Shown: positions 1 through 8,086 of the stretch, in pieces
Layout of the letters: each line of letters begins with the position of its first letter
How positions within the stretch are numbered: position 1 is the stretch's first letter
DNA from: Candidatus Aegiribacteria sp.
GTDB taxonomy: Bacteria > Fermentibacterota > Fermentibacteria > Fermentibacterales > JCC-6
NCBI GenBank assembly: GCA_046498225.1
Contig: JAWOBF010000101.1
Span: 1-17,334 of the forward strand
Direction: 5' to 3'
DNA: 17,334 nucleotides
Notes under the pieces: model-generated
What the model was told of the DNA's origin: nothing
What the model saw: the letters and a program-made list of their open reading frames with translations, nothing else
Database searches by the model: none
Made by a program: the position numbers and the translations under genes

Positions 1-48
1 AACCACCGCAAGCAGCACTGAGGCCACCAGGACCTGCTGGCCGGTCAT
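1..48 (-). CDS. Probable 5' end of a gene running off the left edge (hydrophobic N-terminus; membrane or exported protein), partial
   Basis: ATG at 48..46 on the - strand reads MTGQQVLVASVLLAVV to the window edge, with purine-rich GGGACGGGAAACGG just upstream. Only 16 codons are visible. Confidence 0.4.
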   Translation of the reverse strand, partial: MTGQQVLVASVLLAVV

Positions 49-288
49 CCGTTTCCCGTCCCGGCATCGGCCGGTGCCGGTATTCCGATGAATGCAATGG
101 GATTCAAAAGCCTTCTCCGCACAGAGTAATCCTTTCCGATTTCGTCAGGTGGAGAAACATAATATATGAAAGGAGCAATGACTCCTTCCGCGCAGTGGGA
201 CAGGCAGTGAGATCCAGTGTTTACTTGAAATCAGCGTCATGTTATTTGTAATCCATATTGAAACGGTAACAATTACGAAAGGAATGAC

Positions 289-2481
289 ATGAATGTCACA
301 GTACTGCTGGCGGCCGCGCTGCTGGCCTACGGTCCCTGGGAATCGACGGGTCCTGAGGGAGGCCAGGTAAAGGCCCTTCTGCAGTCCGGTCAGGATCCGG
401 GCGTTCTATTCGCTCTTTCCGGCTCCTCCCCTTCACAGGTGGTCCGTTCCCAGGACGGCGGCAGCAGCTGGGAGACCATATCCGAGATCCAGTACTGCAA
501 TCCCTACGATATGGTGATGACAGCGGACGGCCGTCTGGTCGTGCTGGGATCCAGCCGCACCTGGACATCGGCGGACGGAGGGTACACCTGGAGCGATACG
601 TACATCTCCAACACCATCTTCTACAACGGAGCGGCCCATCCCACAGAGGGCGGCACGGTCTACGCGGCAGGCTACAAATACGACGGGTCCAGCTGGAACA
701 TGTCCTTCTTCAGTTCAACCGACTGCGGGGACAGCTGGACGGACGTCCCCCTGGTCGTCAGCCCAAACACATCCTACGGACGGTGCGTGGCGGTGTCCGG
801 GTCCAACCCGGACCATATACTGGTGGGCGGCTACGAATACCAGAGCGGCTACTCCCCTTACCTGTTCAAGTCCGAGGACGGGGGGACATCGTTCCTCGAG
901 GTGACACCGGCGGCGGCGAACTACTATTTCAGCGGCACGGCCTTCCATCCCTCGAACCCGGACATCATCCTGGCCGGGGACCTTACCGTGGTGTTCAGGT
1001 CCACCGACGGGGGTTCTACCTGGTCGAATGCCGGAAGTCTCACCTACAGCTACGACATCAGTTTCAGCGACGCAGACCACGACCTGGTCATGAGCGCCGG
1101 TCTCAACAGGACATACCGGAGCACCGACGCGGGACAGACCTGGTCCACCGTCACCGCTGGCCTCTCCGGTGACGGCATCAACTGGATAGTGCCCGACGCG
1201 GTCAGCACCTCCACCGCCTACACCGGCAGCAGCGCGGGTTTCTTTCACAGCGATGACGGCGGCCAGTCCTGGACTCCTCAGAATTCCGGCCTTGTGCTTG
1301 GAAGGGCCCTCGCTATGGAGTACGTGAATGGCTGGGTCTTCATGAACATGCAGGACATGGGACTGTGGAAGGGGGAGGACGGACCCTCCATCACCTGGGA
1401 GCAAGTGACCACGCCCCTTACCTGCGGTGACTTCTGCGCCCTGGAATCTGTGGGACCGGATACGCTCCTTGCCCTGGAAGGCGGCGGTTGAGGCAACGCG
1501 GAGCTCTACAGGAGCACGGACGGAGGTTCCGTCTGGACTATGATGGATTCCTATTACGGCGACGGTTACGATATGGTTCACCAGCACGGTCACACGCTTT
1601 GGAGCTGCGGATACAGGTACGAGTCCCCCGATTACAAGGGAGTGGTATCCGTCTCTCACGACGCCGGGACAACATGGACGAGACACGAGCTGTACAGCGG
1701 GTCCGACTACGGCTACATAAGGGCCGTGGCTGTGGACCCCTCCGACCCTGACAGGGTCTTTTGCCTGGGGTATCAGAGCGGCGGCTACATTCTCCACCAC
1801 ACCTCCAGCGGGGGCGGCGCATGGAGCAGCACCGTGCCCTCCGGTTACACCGGGACCCCTTACGGGCTGGCGGTCTGTCCGGACAACGGCGACATTCTCG
1901 CGGCAGCCTCTTCCAGCGGTCTGTACGCGTCCACCGACGGGGGCGGCAGCTGGACCAGGGTCTCCTACGATTTCGGCGGAGCCAATGACCTGCTCGAGTC
2001 CGACCTCTTCGACGGCCTGCTGATAGCCACCGCCGACCAGGGAGTGTGGCTGTGGGAGAACTGGACAGGCTCTCCGGTGCAGGTGGGCGGCGACCTGGGA
2101 TTCGCGGATGTGGCCTGTCTCACCGAAACGGAAGACTACCTTTTCGCCGGCACCGACGGCGCCGCCGCCTGGCGCTCCTACAACGGCACAGGTGTAGGAG
2201 GTGGAGAGCCATCCTCGCCGCCGGGCATCACCCTTTCCGCAGCCCCCAATCCCGCTGCGGGTTTCACCGTCCTCTCCTTCTGCCTGCCGGATGGACGGGA
2301 CATAGGCCTGGCCCTCTACGACATCACCGGTAGAAGGGTTATGACGGCGGCCGAGGGAATGATGGCCGGGGGAACGCACAGCGTAACGCTGGACACCTCC
2401 GTCCTGACCCCGGGAATGTACTTCGCCCGGCTCACAGCGGATGGAGAAGCGGTTACCGCCAGGATGGTGGTCGCCAGGTAG
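289..2481 (+). CDS. Secreted Asp-box/BNR (Ycf48/VPS10-like) beta-propeller protein with C-terminal T9SS/Por-type sorting domain. Contains an in-frame UGA at codon 401 (1489-1491), probably read through (candidate Sec); 730 aa if read through
   Basis: ORFs 289..1491 and 1540..2481 are in the same frame, and the bridge after TGA encodes GNAELYRSTDGGSVWT, an intact Asp-box. Many S-x-D-G-G-x-[ST]-W repeats. Short signal peptide MNVTVLLAAALLA and RBS AAAGGA at 278-283. C-terminus PNPA...LYDITGRRV...PGMYFARL is typical of secretion-system C-terminal sorting domains. Confidence 0.8.
1492..1535 (+). promoter_or_regulatory. Candidate bacterial SECIS-like stem-loop immediately 3' of the in-frame UGA
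   Basis: CGGACGGA-GGT-TCCGTCTG (1517-1535) forms an 8-bp stem with one G-U pair and a loop starting with G, 34 nt after the UGA. A smaller hairpin GCTCT-ACA-GGAGC lies at 1503-1515. Confidence 0.45.
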
Positions 2482-2502
2482 GCCGTTGGGCCCAGCCTCC
2501 GC

Positions 2503-2531
2503 TTGACAGGGGCGGTTCCTCCGGTCATTGT
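2503..2531 (+). promoter_or_regulatory. Putative sigma70 promoter for the ferredoxin-AOR-GHMP operon
   Basis: Perfect -35 TTGACA at 2503-2508, 17-nt spacer, weak -10 CATTGT at 2526-2531, in the intergenic gap before ATG 2558. Confidence 0.45.
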
Positions 2532-2557
2532 GCCCCGGATCCTTCTGGAAAGGCCAC

Positions 2558-2968
2558 ATGACCGCATTCACCGTCAGGTCCGATCTGTGCACCGGATGCA
2601 TGAACTGCCAGACCGTCTGCTCCCTCCTGCACGGGGGGAAGGTGGACAGCTCCGCCTCCGCCATCAGGGTGGAGCTGGAGCTTTTCACCGGAGTCCATTC
2701 CCATATCTACTGCCGGCAGTGCGCCGACCCGGAATGCGCCGGGGCATGCCCGGCGGAGGCTATCACCAGGGACATTTCCTCCGGAGCCGCGGTGGTTCTG
2801 GAGGACAGGTGCACCGGGTGCGGTCTGTGCGTGGAAGCCTGTTCCTTCGGGGCCATTTTCCCCCGTGACACGGGATTACCTCCCCTCAAATGCGACCTCT
2901 GCTGCGGAAACCCCGCCTGCCTGGATGCCTGCGCCTTCGGCGCCATCGTTCCTGTGGGGCTGGAGTGA
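2558..2968 (+). CDS. 4Fe-4S dicluster-domain electron transfer subunit (DmsB/HydN/AorA-like, four cluster motifs), 136 aa
   Basis: Motifs CTGCMNCQTVC, CRQCADPECAGAC, CTGCGLCVEAC and KCDLC..C..AC. Start moved to ATG 2558 (GGAAAGG upstream). Stop overlaps the AOR start (TGATG). Confidence 0.9.
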   Translation: MTAFTVRSDLCTGCMNCQTVCSLLHGGKVDSSASAIRVELELFTGVHSHIYCRQCADPECAGACPAEAITRDISSGAAVVLEDRCTGCGLCVEACSFGAIFPRDTGLPPLKCDLCCGNPACLDACAFGAIVPVGLE

Positions 2969-4944
2969 TGAACTACGGGGGCTACGCCGGGAAACTGCTC
3001 CGGGTCGACCTGGGCAGGGGGACCGTGGAGAAACAGGACACTTCGGACTACCTTCCGGACTGGTACGGCGGAAGGGCCCTAGCCGCCAGGATAGCGTGGG
3101 ACGAGATACCCCCCGGTACGGGAGCCTTCGACCCCGCCAGCCCCCTGATGATACTCACCGGCCCCCTCACAGGGACCGCGGCCCCCTGTTCGGGCCGGAC
3201 CACGGTGTGCGGAATATCGGCCCAGGGATACCCGGTGGAATGGTACTCCAGGTCCTCCTTCGGTGGTCACTGGGGGCCTCAGCTGAAGCACGCCGGCTTC
3301 GACGGCATCATAGTGACCGGCAGGGCCCCCGGACCGGTTTTCCTCAGGGTCGAGAACGGGAGCTGCTCCATCGAGGACGCCTCCCGGCTGTGGGGAATGG
3401 GCATATACCGGACCCAGAAGACCATCATGGAAGAGCTGGGGAAGGACTGGAGGGTGTTCGCCATAGGCCCCGCCGGAGAGAACCTCGTTCGCATCGCCGT
3501 GGCCGCAACCGAGACGGAGAGCGCCTCCGGCCAGGGAGGTTACGGCGCCGTAATGGGCTCGAAGAACCTCAAGGCCGTCGCCGTGCGCGGTACCCTTCCC
3601 ATAGGCGTGGCCCGGCCGCGGGAGTTCATCGATGTCTGCCGCCTGATCCGGAACGAGGTCCACGCCTCGCACGGGTGGCCACACGTGCCGAAGCTGGACC
3701 CGGAGAAGGTGAGGAAGTACGGACAGCGCTACCAGGCCTGCACTCAGGGATGCGCGGTCAGGTGCTACGACGCCAGGTTCTACACAACGGTCCCGGCGGT
3801 ACTGGGAGGGGGACGGACACTCTCGGGACAGGTGGACTGCATCGCCGGCCTGTTCCCCGGCATTCCCGGAACATCCTACGACTGGAAGCTTGGGTTCGAG
3901 GCGGGTTTCGAAATAGGCAGGATGGCCAACGACGAAGGACTGAACCACTGGGAGATACTGGTGGGGCTGGTTCCCTGGCTTCGGGCGCTGCGGGACGACG
4001 GGGAACTGAGCCGCGTGGATGGCATGGAGATCGATCTGGACAGCCCGAAATTCTGGTCGTTCCTCCTTCGAGGAATATCAAGGCGGGAGGGGGAGTTCCG
4101 GTCCGCGCTGTCCGAAGGGACGGTAAGGGGCTGCCGTACCCTGGGCTTGGGCGGGGAGAGGCTTGAGGAATTCTTCCCGGCCTGGGGCTACGCGGGTCAC
4201 TGGGACGGCCACGGGGACAGGATAAACTACGTCTTCTTCCCGTACTGGACGGTGAGCGCCCTGCAGTGGGCGATGGATACACGGGACCCCATCTCCAGCG
4301 CCCACGGCTACGTCCAGAACATCATGGGATGGAGCAGGGTGTGCTCCCCGGAGCACGGCCTCTCCTGGAAGCGGATAATGGAGGTATCCTCCAGGGTGTA
4401 CGGGTCGGAGAGATGCGCGGACCCGGAGAGCGGATACGAAGGAAAGGCCTTCCCGGCCTTCTGGCACGGCCGGAGGTCGGTCATGAAGGATTCCCTCACG
4501 GTGGGGGACCAGGTCTTCCCCCGGATATACTCCAGAAAGACCGCGGATAATTTCGCCGGGGCCGGCGACATGGAAGGCCCCTCATTCGAAAGGCACATGT
4601 TCGGCGCCCTCACCGGGATCACCTGGTCCGACGATGAGATGGACCATGCTTCCGAAAGGGTCATACAGCTGGAGCGGGCGCTGCTTGTGAGGAACTTCGG
4701 AAGGTCCAGGGCCGATGACGAGAGCGTTATACCGTATTTCGAGCGTACCGAACAGCATACGAATCCACTCACCGGTCGCCCGGTGGGAATGGACAGGAAG
4801 CGATTCGAAAAAGTTCTGGACGAGTATTACGCCCTGAGGGGCTGGGACAGGAAAACGGGGCGCCCCACCGTGGAAACGCTGAACAAATTCGGGCTGCGGA
4901 AGGAAGCGGAAAGGATAGGGGACAGCATTGCCGGGGAGGATTGA
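2968..4944 (+). CDS. Aldehyde:ferredoxin oxidoreductase (AOR/WOR)-family W/Mo-bis-pterin enzyme, divergent clade, 658 aa
   Basis: GYAGKLLRVDL N-terminus, GPLTGT, GGHWGPQLKHAGFDGI, IGPAGENLV, GYGAVMGSKNLKA, CTQGCAVRC and C-terminal LDEYYALRGWD..G.P. True start is ATG 2968, coupled to the upstream stop. Confidence 0.9.
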   Translation: MNYGGYAGKLLRVDLGRGTVEKQDTSDYLPDWYGGRALAARIAWDEIPPGTGAFDPASPLMILTGPLTGTAAPCSGRTTVCGISAQGYPVEWYSRSSFGGHWGPQLKHAGFDGIIVTGRAPGPVFLRVENGSCSIEDASRLWGMGIYRTQKTIMEELGKDWRVFAIGPAGENLVRIAVAATETESASGQGGYGAVMGSKNLKAVAVRGTLPIGVARPREFIDVCRLIRNEVHASHGWPHVPKLDPEKVRKYGQRYQACTQGCAVRCYDARFYTTVPAVLGGGRTLSGQVDCIAGLFPGIPGTSYDWKLGFEAGFEIGRMANDEGLNHWEILVGLVPWLRALRDDGELSRVDGMEIDLDSPKFWSFLLRGISRREGEFRSALSEGTVRGCRTLGLGGERLEEFFPAWGYAGHWDGHGDRINYVFFPYWTVSALQWAMDTRDPISSAHGYVQNIMGWSRVCSPEHGLSWKRIMEVSSRVYGSERCADPESGYEGKAFPAFWHGRRSVMKDSLTVGDQVFPRIYSRKTADNFAGAGDMEGPSFERHMFGALTGITWSDDEMDHASERVIQLERALLVRNFGRSRADDESVIPYFERTEQHTNPLTGRPVGMDRKRFEKVLDEYYALRGWDRKTGRPTVETLNKFGLRKEAERIGDSIAGED

Positions 4945-5965
4945 GCTGTTCGTCCCCGGCAGGCTCTGCCTCTTCGGAGAGCATTCCGACTGGGCCGGCG
5001 AATACAGGAAGACAGACCCCTCCGTGAAGACGGGAATGTGCATAGTCGCCGGTACCGACCAGGGCATCCGCGCCGCCGCCGAACCGGCGGAGAGCGGTTT
5101 TCACATCTCTCAGATACTTCCCGACGGTTCCCGGGGCCCTCTGGTCTCGTACCCTTCGGACCCCGAAACGCTCGAGGGGGTGGCCCGGTCGGCGGTCTTC
5201 GATTCCTACGCCGCCGGAACCGCGTCACAGCTCCTTCGGCGATACCCTGGTCTGGGGCTGAAGCTCACCGTCACCGCCCGGACCCTGCCGCTGAAGAAGG
5301 GGCTCTCTTCCTCCGCCGCCATCTGCGTCCTTACGGCCAGGGCTTTCAGCAGGGTCCACTCCCTCGGCCTGCCGGTGGAGGAGGAGATGGACCTGGCCTA
5401 CCGGGGAGAGCTTCTCACCGGTTCCCACTGCGGAAGGATGGACCAGGCCTGCGCCTACGGCGTAGACCCCGTCCTGCTTACGTTCGACGGGGATGAAATG
5501 ACCACACGCCTGCTGCTTCCCGGTGTTCCGCTTCATTTCCTCATCGTGGACCTGAAGGGAAGGAAGAACACCCGCAGGATACTGGACGAGCTGAACTCCG
5601 CTTTCGCGGGGGGGAATCCTTCGGTCAGGAAAGCCCTGGGGGAAGAGAACCACAGGATAGTCCGCCGGGCATGCCGGGCCATCGAGGGGGGCGACGCCGG
5701 GACCCTGGGGAAGCTGATGACGGAGGCCCAGGACCTCTTCGACGAACTGGTGGCCCCGGCCTGCCCCTCGGAACTCAGCGCTCCCGGTCTGCATGAGATG
5801 CTGGCAAGCCCGGAGGCTGAAAAGCTCACCTGGGGAGGCAAGGGAGTGGGCTCCCAGGGGGACGGAACGGCCCAGTTCATATGCAGGGGCAGGACCGAGC
5901 GGGATGAGCTGGCGGCCTTCCTGAATACCGGCTACGGCAGTGTGTGCTATCCACTGACCATCTGA
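4928..5965 (+). CDS. GHMP-family kinase (galactokinase/mevalonate kinase-like)
   Basis: PGRLCLFGEHSD, LPLKKGLSSSAA (PxxxGLSSSA ATP-binding motif), CGRMDQ and GGKGVGSQGDG. TTG start overlaps the AOR 3' end. Confidence 0.88.
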   Translation: MPGRIELFVPGRLCLFGEHSDWAGEYRKTDPSVKTGMCIVAGTDQGIRAAAEPAESGFHISQILPDGSRGPLVSYPSDPETLEGVARSAVFDSYAAGTASQLLRRYPGLGLKLTVTARTLPLKKGLSSSAAICVLTARAFSRVHSLGLPVEEEMDLAYRGELLTGSHCGRMDQACAYGVDPVLLTFDGDEMTTRLLLPGVPLHFLIVDLKGRKNTRRILDELNSAFAGGNPSVRKALGEENHRIVRRACRAIEGGDAGTLGKLMTEAQDLFDELVAPACPSELSAPGLHEMLASPEAEKLTWGGKGVGSQGDGTAQFICRGRTERDELAAFLNTGYGSVCYPLTI

Positions 5966-5970
5966 AGCAA

Positions 5971-6005
5971 CCGGGAAGAGCCGGTATGTCCGGCGGGTTT
6001 TCCGG
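5971..6005 (+). terminator. GC-rich stem-loop after the GHMP kinase stop (possible terminator)
   Basis: Inner stem GCCGG-TATGT-CCGGC (5980-5994) with outer pairing CCGGGAAG/TTTTCCGG. No clean U-tract follows the full stem. Confidence 0.35.
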
Positions 6006-6015
6006 AACCTTCTCT

Positions 6016-6042
6016 ATCGTTATGTTTCCCGGGCATAACCAA
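6016..6042. promoter_or_regulatory. ModE-type operator (palindrome GTTATG-N9-CATAAC) upstream of the modE-fusion/moco operon
   Basis: ATCGTTATGTTTCCCGGGCATAACCAA resembles the ModE consensus (ATCGNTATATA-N6/7-TATATANCGAT) and sits directly upstream of a gene encoding a ModE DNA-binding domain. Confidence 0.7.
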
Positions 6043-6071
6043 CTCAAATCGGAATAGAGGGAGGGCAGGCA

Positions 6072-6878
6072 ATAAGAACTGTAGTTATCTCCTCCGACCG
6101 CAGGAAGCTGGGAAAAACGCTCCTGGGACAGGACCTGACTGCGGGGCTGACCGGGACGGGCCTCACGGCAGCCTGTCTGAAGCTCTCCAGGGACGGTCAC
6201 GGCCCCGACCTGCCCTCCTCGTCCCCGGGGCCGCCCGGGTCGGACACCTGCAGGTACACGGCTTCAGGAGCGGAAAAAGTCCTCTTCTTCAAGTACTCGT
6301 CGCTGGACAGTCTGAAGGAATTCATGGAGACGCAGGTCTTCGACACCGACGTGCTCATCATCGAGAGCAACTCGGTCCTTAACATCATCAGTCCCGACCT
6401 GCACATCCATATCGTTTCCCCGGGCGAGGGAAAGCCCTCCGCCCGGGGACTGGAGGAAAAAGCGGACCTGGTCCCCGAAGGCCCCCTTTCCGCGGAGCAG
6501 GCGAAAAAGGTGGCGGGGCTGGTTCCCGTACTGCTGGGAGTGGGGGACATGTCCTCCATCTCCATAGGCGGCAAGCACTGGCTGAATATCCAGGGCAAGC
6601 CCCTCTTCGGCGAGGGAAGGATGGACCTTCTCAAGGCGGTCAGGGACACCGGGTCCATCCTGCAGGCCGCAGGCGCCACCGGCATTCAGTACAAGAGGGC
6701 CTGGGTCCTGCTTCGGGACGCGGAGGAACGGCTGGGCGCGAAGCTCCTCTTCAGCGGCCGGGGAGGCTCCGGCGGAGGGGGTACCCGGCTCACCCCTCTG
6801 GCAGGCAGGCTGCTGGATATCTGGGAGAGGTCGGAGAAGGACTTCAACGAAATGCTTAAACGGCTGGAGGCGCGATGA
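6072..6878 (+). CDS. Fusion of an N-terminal MobB-like P-loop NTPase domain and a C-terminal ModE-type winged-helix DNA-binding domain; probable non-canonical ATA start; 268 aa
   Basis: The frame is open from 6039 (TAA at 6036-6038). From ATA 6072 it reads IRTVVISSDRRKLGKTLLG...PGSDTCRYTASGA...DVLIIESNS (Walker A-like GKT, MobB-like G.DT.R..GA, Walker B-like). C-terminal LFGEGRMDLLKAVRDTGSILQAA...YKRAW...RGGSGGGGTRLT is the ModE HTH. SD GGAGG at 6060-6064 lies 7 nt before ATA. Confidence 0.75.
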   Translation: MRTVVISSDRRKLGKTLLGQDLTAGLTGTGLTAACLKLSRDGHGPDLPSSSPGPPGSDTCRYTASGAEKVLFFKYSSLDSLKEFMETQVFDTDVLIIESNSVLNIISPDLHIHIVSPGEGKPSARGLEEKADLVPEGPLSAEQAKKVAGLVPVLLGVGDMSSISIGGKHWLNIQGKPLFGEGRMDLLKAVRDTGSILQAAGATGIQYKRAWVLLRDAEERLGAKLLFSGRGGSGGGGTRLTPLAGRLLDIWERSEKDFNEMLKRLEAR

Positions 6879-8086
6879 TCTCAGTAGAGGAAGCGATCAG
6901 AACAGTGCTGGAGAACTCCGGTGAACCGCGGGTCCTGAAGGTGCCGGCCGCGGCTGCGGCCGGAGCCGTTCTGGCGGAGGACGTCCATTCGGACATTCAC
7001 ATGCCCCCCTTCGACCGCTCCGCCATGGACGGTTTCGCCATAAGCGGCGAAGGCGGGACATGGCAGCTTCAGGACGAGATTACCGCCGGGCATCCGGGAC
7101 CGGACATCCTGAAGCCCGGCTTCGCCTGCCCCATAATGACCGGGGCGCCTGTACCCGAGGGCGCCGACCGGGTGGCCGTGGTGGAGGATTCGGTAGTGGA
7201 GGGCTCCATTCTGCACCTTCAGCGGGTTCCGCCCGAGGGGGCGAACATCTGCTGGAAGGGCGAGGACATCACCGAAGGGGAGATGGTGCTGGAACACGGC
7301 ACCAGGCTCTACGGACAGCACCTGGGAATAGCCGGCATGGCCGGCAGGTGCGTTCTCAGCGTCTACCGCAGACCCTCTGTCGCTCTGGTCACCACGGGGA
7401 CTGAAATCATCCCTCCCAACTGGCTCCCCGCGCCGGGAAAGGTGAGGAACGCTAACCTTCCCCTAATGGAAGCGCAGCTTTCGATGAACGGCTTTCCCGC
7501 GTTTGCCGCCCTTCATTCGGCGGATGACCCGGGTTCGCTCAGGGAGACGTTCTCCCAGCTCCTGGACGGCTGCGACGTTCTCGTCACCGCCGGTGGAGTA
7601 TCCAAAGGCACCAGGGATTTCGTGCCCTCCGTGCTGGAGTCCCTGGGTGTGGAACTGCTGTTCAGATCGGTGGCCCAGAAACCCGGAAGACCCCTCACTT
7701 TCGGGGTGGGACCCCGGGGTCAGGCGGTCTTCGGTCTGCCCGGAAACCCGGTGTCGGTGTTGGTGTCCATGGAGGAGTACGTGCTTCCCCTGCTCAGGAA
7801 GAGGTCCGGTTTCAAAGGTTTCAGGAAAAGGGTGTACCACGGCCGGCTGATGTCAGACTACTCGAAGAAACCCGGAAGGCTGAACTACCTGAGGGTCATA
7901 GCCTACCGGGAGGGAGATGAATGGAAGCTGCACCAGCCGGACAGCTCCGGTTCGGGCGACCTCATGAGCACGGTGAATGTCAACGCCCTGGCCCTGGCAG
8001 GAGAGGACAGGACATCCATCATTTCCGGGGAAACCCTTCCATTCCATTTCCTGGCCGGAACCGCGGGAGAACTCTCCTTCGCATGA
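6875..8086 (+). CDS. moeA: Molybdopterin molybdo/tungsto-transferase MoeA
   Basis: PPFDRSAMDGFA, IMTGAPVPEGAD, TTGTEI, AGGVSKGTRDFVP, QKPGRP, GLPGNPVS and SGSG motifs. ATGA coupling at both ends. Confidence 0.95.
   Translation: MISVEEAIRTVLENSGEPRVLKVPAAAAAGAVLAEDVHSDIHMPPFDRSAMDGFAISGEGGTWQLQDEITAGHPGPDILKPGFACPIMTGAPVPEGADRVAVVEDSVVEGSILHLQRVPPEGANICWKGEDITEGEMVLEHGTRLYGQHLGIAGMAGRCVLSVYRRPSVALVTTGTEIIPPNWLPAPGKVRNANLPLMEAQLSMNGFPAFAALHSADDPGSLRETFSQLLDGCDVLVTAGGVSKGTRDFVPSVLESLGVELLFRSVAQKPGRPLTFGVGPRGQAVFGLPGNPVSVLVSMEEYVLPLLRKRSGFKGFRKRVYHGRLMSDYSKKPGRLNYLRVIAYREGDEWKLHQPDSSGSGDLMSTVNVNALALAGEDRTSIISGETLPFHFLAGTAGELSFA

Noticed and set aside
1489..1491. Genome-wide UGA reassignment (Trp or Gly; genetic code 4 or 25)
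   Set aside because: TGA is clearly used as a stop at conserved C-termini and coupled junctions (2966-2968, 8084-8086, the moaA GG-stop, the ThiS GG-stop), and no other gene here has an internal TGA.
1540..2481. Independent gene starting at ATG 1540
   Set aside because: It would have a secretion C-terminal domain but no signal peptide, and the preceding in-frame codons encode an intact Asp-box. The GGAGG at 1522-1526 is 13 nt away and lies within a hairpin. Not fully excluded.
715..2688. 657-aa minus-strand ORF
   Set aside because: It is an antisense shadow of the GC-rich Asp-box gene, with no recognisable motifs. The + strand frame has clear family features.
2865..4166. 433-aa alternative-frame ORF and the other Arg/Pro/Gly-rich overlapping ORFs (e.g. 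3079-3948, 10660-11547, 12656-13948)
   Set aside because: These are off-frame or antisense shadows typical of high-GC coding DNA, with no motifs.
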